This document shows, piece after piece, positions 35,293 through 39,296 of a DNA stretch of 39,296 nucleotides; within the stretch, counting starts at the first letter, position 1; the number at the start of each line of letters is the position of its first letter. Where the stretch lies: the NCBI GenBank assembly GCA_029858565.1, contig JAOUEV010000033.1, positions 1 to 39,296 on the forward strand, read 5' to 3'. The DNA is from Nitrospirota bacterium (GTDB taxonomy: Bacteria; Nitrospirota; UBA9217). The notes beneath the pieces are model-generated. The model searched no databases, was not told where the DNA came from, and saw only the letters and a list, made by a program, of their open reading frames with translations. The position numbers and the translations under genes were made by a program.

Positions 35293-37458
35293 TTAGCCTT
35301 TGCGGTACCGAGGACCTGACCAACCCTTTGCGGAGATAGGCATGTCCGTCGCCCACGGCGGGGGGTCGCAGAGGATGTCGACGAACTCTTCCGTCGAACC
35401 CGTGCCGATTTGTTTTTCGGTAATCCCCTCGTCATGCACCATCAAGAGACCGCGATACCCGCGCTTCTCGAGCCTCACCATGCCTGGCATCATAAGATCG
35501 CGCGCGGTCGCTTGGGTAATATTTTCGGCGAGCGTGCCGCCCCATGTCCGCTCGAGCGCCCACTTCTTCGTCTTGGAATTCACGCCCCAAAACTCCAGTG
35601 TCTCCATGGGGTTCGACGTCTTCGTGACGAGTATATCCTCGCCGGTTTTCTTGTCGGTCTCGATGACTTCGTATGTACGCACTCGCCACGCGAGGTGCGG
35701 GTCGGCGTAGGCGAGCCGGCGTCCGCTCGGCAACTCGACCCAGAGGAAGCGCACACCCCCATAGTACCGGCGGGGGTCGTAGATGAACTTGCACCGGCCG
35801 GCCGTGCGGATTCCTCCGCGGCGGACGACCTCGATCGCGGCGGCCTCGTACGCTTTCCAGAGATCCGGCACCGCCGGATTCGCCTCGCGGTAGCTCTTTA
35901 CGGCCTCTCTGGACTGTTTCAACGAGAGCTTCAGCCGGTACATATCCCACGCGGTCTTCTGAAACTTCGGGCCGCCCATTCCGAAGCCGCAGCCTAAGAT
36001 CTGGGCCTTGCCGAGTTGGCGCTCGTCGCCTTCCTCGGAGATCGCGATGTAGGGCTTCCCGGTGTTCGCGGCGGCTTGGTATCTATACGGGTCGAGGTCA
36101 CTCCGTAAGACCTTGAGGCCGGGCTCGTTCTCCGCCAACCACCAGAGGACGGCGACTTCGACCTTCGAGAAGTCGGCCACGAAGAGTTCGCAGCCCTCGC
36201 TCGGTATGATCATGTTCCGGAGCAGCGCCGAGAAGAGAACGCCGAGCGACTCGCCGTAGAGAAGATGCAGCATATCTTTGTCGAGCTCGATGACGTTTTC
36301 GACCGCGGCGTACGGACGGTCCTTCGACATCTTGATCAGCCCGCGCGGGAAGTTATGGGGCTGAACCCCGGTGCCGGTATCCCGGCCCGTCGAGGCCCCG
36401 TGGTATAATAATATATCACGCACGCGATCGTCGGCGTTCGCCCGATCGAGGAAGGACTTGTACTTCTTCGTCGACGCCATCGAGAGGGCTTTGCGGATCT
36501 CGAGGAGCTCCCGCATATCGTCGGTCAAGCCGAACCCGTTCAGCGCGTCCTCGACGGTTTGTTTACGGAGGTTCGGAAGCTCGACGCCCTCGAGCGCCAA
36601 GAACTCGAGTATGGACTTCACGGCGCCGGGCTTCGTAATCAATCCCATGGTGAGCGTGTCGAGATCTTTAAGCCGCGCCTTCGACTCGATCTCCATGATG
36701 TCCGTGATCTTCCGTACCGTCGGTACGTCGATGCGGAGGCCCCGCCAATTCAGCATCTGATTCTGAAACCAGATTTCCTGTTCGCTCGGGATGAGATCGG
36801 GCAGGGCGAGGTCGGCGAGTTCTTCGGTGCGTACGTCGATCTTGCAGTACCGATAAAGCGTCTCGAACACTTCCGGATGCGTCCAGGGCTCGATGAATAC
36901 CGGCGGCGCGTCCGCACTCGCGATCAGCTGCTTCTTGGCACCTACGCGCTTACCGGCTGCGACCTCGGCCCGCGCCTTCGCCCAGGCGTTGTATTGTTTG
37001 GTGGGCTTACAGGTCGCCATCATCGCGACGTACCCGGCTTTATCCTTCTGGGTCGTGAGCTTCAAGACGGCGCCGAGGTCCTCAAGCTTTCGCGGGAGGG
37101 AGGCAGCGGCGGCTTTCGCAGCCGTGCATCGCCGCTGCCGTGGGGGAATCGCCGGCCATCCGTAACGGCGAACTAGGATATTGTCGTATATGCAGCGCTC
37201 GAAGAACGAGTTGTGCGCGCTGAATTGGTAGCCCTCGAGGATGAGCCCGATCCAGAGATCTTGCAGCTCCTTCGGCTGCTGCTTCCAGGGGCGATTGATC
37301 GCGTGGTAATCGAGGAAGTAGACCGTCGGCTCGCCTACGATCTTGAACGCGAGGCAGGTCGGCTTCGTCGTAGGGTCGAGTGAATACTTGTAGGCGCCCG
37401 CTTTCTTCAGGTCCACCATCGAGCGTGTCTCGAAATCCTTCGTCACTCGCTTTATCAG
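35293..37458 (-). CDS. polA: family A DNA polymerase with a 3'-5' exonuclease domain
   Basis: DFETRS, AHNSFFE, YCKIDV (exo); ADFSKVE, RQLGKAQILGCGFG, ENITQATARD, VHDE (pol). Start is probably CTG at 37458 or GTG at 37446. Confidence 0.93.
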   Translation of the reverse strand: MIKRVTKDFETRSMVDLKKAGAYKYSLDPTTKPTCLAFKIVGEPTVYFLDYHAINRPWKQQPKELQDLWIGLILEGYQFSAHNSFFERCIYDNILVRRYGWPAIPPRQRRCTAAKAAAASLPRKLEDLGAVLKLTTQKDKAGYVAMMATCKPTKQYNAWAKARAEVAAGKRVGAKKQLIASADAPPVFIEPWTHPEVFETLYRYCKIDVRTEELADLALPDLIPSEQEIWFQNQMLNWRGLRIDVPTVRKITDIMEIESKARLKDLDTLTMGLITKPGAVKSILEFLALEGVELPNLRKQTVEDALNGFGLTDDMRELLEIRKALSMASTKKYKSFLDRANADDRVRDILLYHGASTGRDTGTGVQPHNFPRGLIKMSKDRPYAAVENVIELDKDMLHLLYGESLGVLFSALLRNMIIPSEGCELFVADFSKVEVAVLWWLAENEPGLKVLRSDLDPYRYQAAANTGKPYIAISEEGDERQLGKAQILGCGFGMGGPKFQKTAWDMYRLKLSLKQSREAVKSYREANPAVPDLWKAYEAAAIEVVRRGGIRTAGRCKFIYDPRRYYGGVRFLWVELPSGRRLAYADPHLAWRVRTYEVIETDKKTGEDILVTKTSNPMETLEFWGVNSKTKKWALERTWGGTLAENITQATARDLMMPGMVRLEKRGYRGLLMVHDEGITEKQIGTGSTEEFVDILCDPPPWATDMPISAKGWSGPRYRKG

Positions 37459-37880
37459 AAGAAATCCTCCTGCTCGCCATCGAGGACGAACATCGCGATA
37501 TGCTGGCCGATACCGCGCCCGGGAGTTCCGTCCTCGATCGCGCACCACTTGACGTCTTTCAGATTCCTGACCTCTTTGAAGTTGGGATGAGTGAGCAGCA
37601 TGAGAATCCATTTGTAAATCGGAAAGACGAGCACGACGCGCTTTCCTTTTTCGCTCTCGGCCATCGCTTTTCGGACCCACGCCGTCGGTCCCGAGAAGGG
37701 CGGATTGACGTACGTGCTCTCGCCCCACACGGCGGTCAGCCCGTCGAAGTCCTCGGGGCGGGGATAGGGGCAAGCGTCGAACGTGAAATCGAATTCTTTG
37801 GTGAGCGCCTCGAGAAGCTCCGGCGGAGTCAACCAGTAGTGTTTGCCGTCTTTGGCAGAGCCCTTACCTTCGCGTGGCAT
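37455..37880 (-). CDS. phage Dam-type N6-adenine methyltransferase
   Basis: WLTP, FTFDAC, W...YVNPPFS. Confidence 0.8.
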   Translation of the reverse strand: MPREGKGSAKDGKHYWLTPPELLEALTKEFDFTFDACPYPRPEDFDGLTAVWGESTYVNPPFSGPTAWVRKAMAESEKGKRVVLVFPIYKWILMLLTHPNFKEVRNLKDVKWCAIEDGTPGRGIGQHIAMFVLDGEQEDFF

Positions 37881-38820
37881 AGCCTAACAACCTTTCGAAG
37901 GCGATTTGGGCCTGGAGCGGAACCACTGCATTGCCCAGTCCTCTAAGACGGTTGCCCCGCAAGGGTACCCCATGAGCCACTCGACCCACATCGGGTTCAA
38001 CGTCCCACCACCGATAGCGGTCGGGAGATCGACGCCATTCTTCCGGCCTCTCGCTTTCATCGCCGCTGCCCCCTCCGGCGTCCGAATCCCCTTCGTCCCG
38101 TCGGCGGCTCGAGGCGTCGGCCAGAGAAGCACTTGCTCGTTGAGAGGGCGAGAATTCTTGCCGTGAAGATTGCTCTTTCCTGATCGCCAATCGCGCGCCG
38201 TTGGCGTCGCCCATAAACCCTTCCGCGCCATCGTATCGAGCGACATCCGGACCTTGCCCGAACGCCCGGCACTCCCGCCCTGATTCGTGCCGTAGGAGTT
38301 TGCCGTCGGCGTAGGCAAGAAGGAACCATCGCTTTCGCAGATGGTGGGCTCCGACTTCGGCAGCGGATACAACGTCCCATCGACAGTCGTACCCGAGATC
38401 GGTAAGTGATCGAACCACAACGTCAAGTCCACGGGTTCGTATCGCCGGGACGTTCTCGAGGAAGATGAACGGCGGCTCGATTTCTTTCGCGAGTCGGTGG
38501 ATCTCCCAATAAAGTCCGCTTCGCTTACCGTCCAGACCTCCGCCGCGACCCGCAGTTGAAATATCCTGGCAGGGGAACCCACCATAGAGGACGTCAATGC
38601 TTCCCAGAAAGTCTTCGCCTCGGAGTGTTCGCACGTCGTCCCAGATAGGAGCTGCGGGCACTTCCCCTTTGAACATTCGCGATAGGAGAACAGCCTGAGC
38701 ATGGGGTTCATTTTCACAGTAGGCGCGCGGAACGACGTAGGGTTCCAGAGCTTCGGCGAGTCCGCCGATGCCGGAGAAGAGATCGAGTCCGTTGATTCGT
38801 CCTCGGCTAGATAGATCCAC
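37864..38820 (-). CDS. C5 cytosine methyltransferase, alpha frame (motifs I-VIII and X)
   Basis: DLFSGIGG, GGFPCQD, ENV, RKRWF, GLGNAVVP; no motif IX in this frame. Confidence 0.9.
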   Translation of the reverse strand: MDLSSRGRINGLDLFSGIGGLAEALEPYVVPRAYCENEPHAQAVLLSRMFKGEVPAAPIWDDVRTLRGEDFLGSIDVLYGGFPCQDISTAGRGGGLDGKRSGLYWEIHRLAKEIEPPFIFLENVPAIRTRGLDVVVRSLTDLGYDCRWDVVSAAEVGAHHLRKRWFLLAYADGKLLRHESGRECRAFGQGPDVARYDGAEGFMGDANGARLAIRKEQSSRQEFSPSQRASASLADASSRRRDEGDSDAGGGSGDESERPEEWRRSPDRYRWWDVEPDVGRVAHGVPLRGNRLRGLGNAVVPLQAQIAFERLLGYATRR

Positions 38821-38822
38821 AC
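37884..38822 (-). CDS. C5 methyltransferase beta frame (target-recognition-like repeats and motif IX), overlapping alpha
   Basis: 312 open codons; LPTPTA / WATPTARD / WPTPRAAD repeats and LNPMWVEWLMGYP. Confidence 0.75.
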   Translation of the reverse strand: MWIYLAEDESTDSISSPASADSPKLWNPTSFRAPTVKMNPMLRLFSYRECSKGKCPQLLSGTTCEHSEAKTFWEALTSSMVGSPARIFQLRVAAEVWTVSEADFIGRSTDSRKKSSRRSSSSRTSRRYEPVDLTLWFDHLPISGTTVDGTLYPLPKSEPTICESDGSFLPTPTANSYGTNQGGSAGRSGKVRMSLDTMARKGLWATPTARDWRSGKSNLHGKNSRPLNEQVLLWPTPRAADGTKGIRTPEGAAAMKARGRKNGVDLPTAIGGGTLNPMWVEWLMGYPCGATVLEDWAMQWFRSRPKSPSKGC

Positions 38823-39145
38823 GTGTATCTCCCTTGTGTATCGCGCTTGAACTTATGGGCGTCGAGGCGGCGATGCTCCCGGATGTGGTCTCCGCGCATT
38901 TTGATTTCTAGATTCTCGAAGCGGTTATCTGACCGGACGTGATTCTTATGGTGAACGCATTCGCCGGGGAGCATACGCCGATCGAGACGGCGTTCCATCA
39001 CTAGGATATGCTCGCGAACGTATCCTCCCCGTCGCGGCCACTTGTGGTCCGGCGCGTAGACGTGAACGTACCCGTCGCGATCGACTCGTCGACCGCCTTT
39101 CCAAGCGGGATGGTCTTCGCGCTTTATACCGCCCCAGCCGCGCAT
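38807..39145 (-). CDS. HNH endonuclease
   Basis: HP.WKGG, GY, EHILVME, VHHKNHVRSDNRFENL. Confidence 0.9.
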   Translation of the reverse strand: MRGWGGIKREDHPAWKGGRRVDRDGYVHVYAPDHKWPRRGGYVREHILVMERRLDRRMLPGECVHHKNHVRSDNRFENLEIKMRGDHIREHRRLDAHKFKRDTQGRYTCGSI

Positions 39146-39294
39146 CAGTTCTCCTGATCTTTCAGCGGACGACCGTCGAGACCGATCAACTCGGGCTTCG
39201 CCGGCATCATCAATGATTTGTCTTGCGGAGGCGGCGGGGGTTCCTCGATCTTCTCGCCCTCTGGTACGGCGTCGAGTTCGTACTTCTCGCGGAA
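39145..39294 (-). CDS. 3' end of a hypothetical protein (truncated by the window)
   Basis: ...FREKYELDAVPEGEKIEEPPPPPQDKSLMMPAKPELIGLDGRPLKDQEN*; TGATG overlap with the HNH start. Confidence 0.55.
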   Translation of the reverse strand, partial: FREKYELDAVPEGEKIEEPPPPPQDKSLMMPAKPELIGLDGRPLKDQEN

Positions 39295-39296
39295 CT

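Noticed and set aside
37459-37773. N-terminal extension of the polymerase to 37773
   Set aside because: Overlaps the Dam-type MTase out of frame; PolA homology starts at DFETRS.
1-39296. Integrase, att site, tRNA, reverse transcriptase/DGR, intein or intron
   Set aside because: No supporting motifs seen; TerL, PolA and helicase have ordinary lengths. Lifestyle and host cannot be determined from this window.

Overview
The window holds most of a GC-rich tailed dsDNA phage genome with a contractile tail (DUF1073 portal, DUF2213 protease, DUF2184 capsid, DUF3383 sheath; Bcep781/AP22-like gene order). Both ends cut through leftward genes, which fits a linearised or partial circular genome. Left arm, minus strand: small accessory genes, including a 2H phosphoesterase missing from the ORF track, a MazG-like protein, a J-domain protein and an SNF2 helicase. 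Plus strand: Cro-like HTH, primase-polymerase/VirE helicase, an iteron-like origin, RuvC-like resolvase, lipoprotein, ParB-methyltransferase, terminases, then head, neck, tail, baseplate, fibre and lysis genes. Right arm, minus strand: family A DNA polymerase, Dam-type MTase, a C5 MTase written in two fully overlapping frames, and an HNH nuclease. No integrase, tRNA or CRISPR array was seen. Main leads: (1) genes inside the morphogenesis operon that carry Sec signal peptides or a membrane leader, one sharing an inserted domain with the tail sheath; (2) the dual-frame methyltransferase; (3) a candidate anti-defence 2H phosphoesterase near MazG; (4) a shared acidic-DF(F/L) C-terminal tail on three DNA-metabolism proteins; (5) a structured ncRNA candidate between the converging arms. 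All family calls come from motif recognition by eye; no database search was run.
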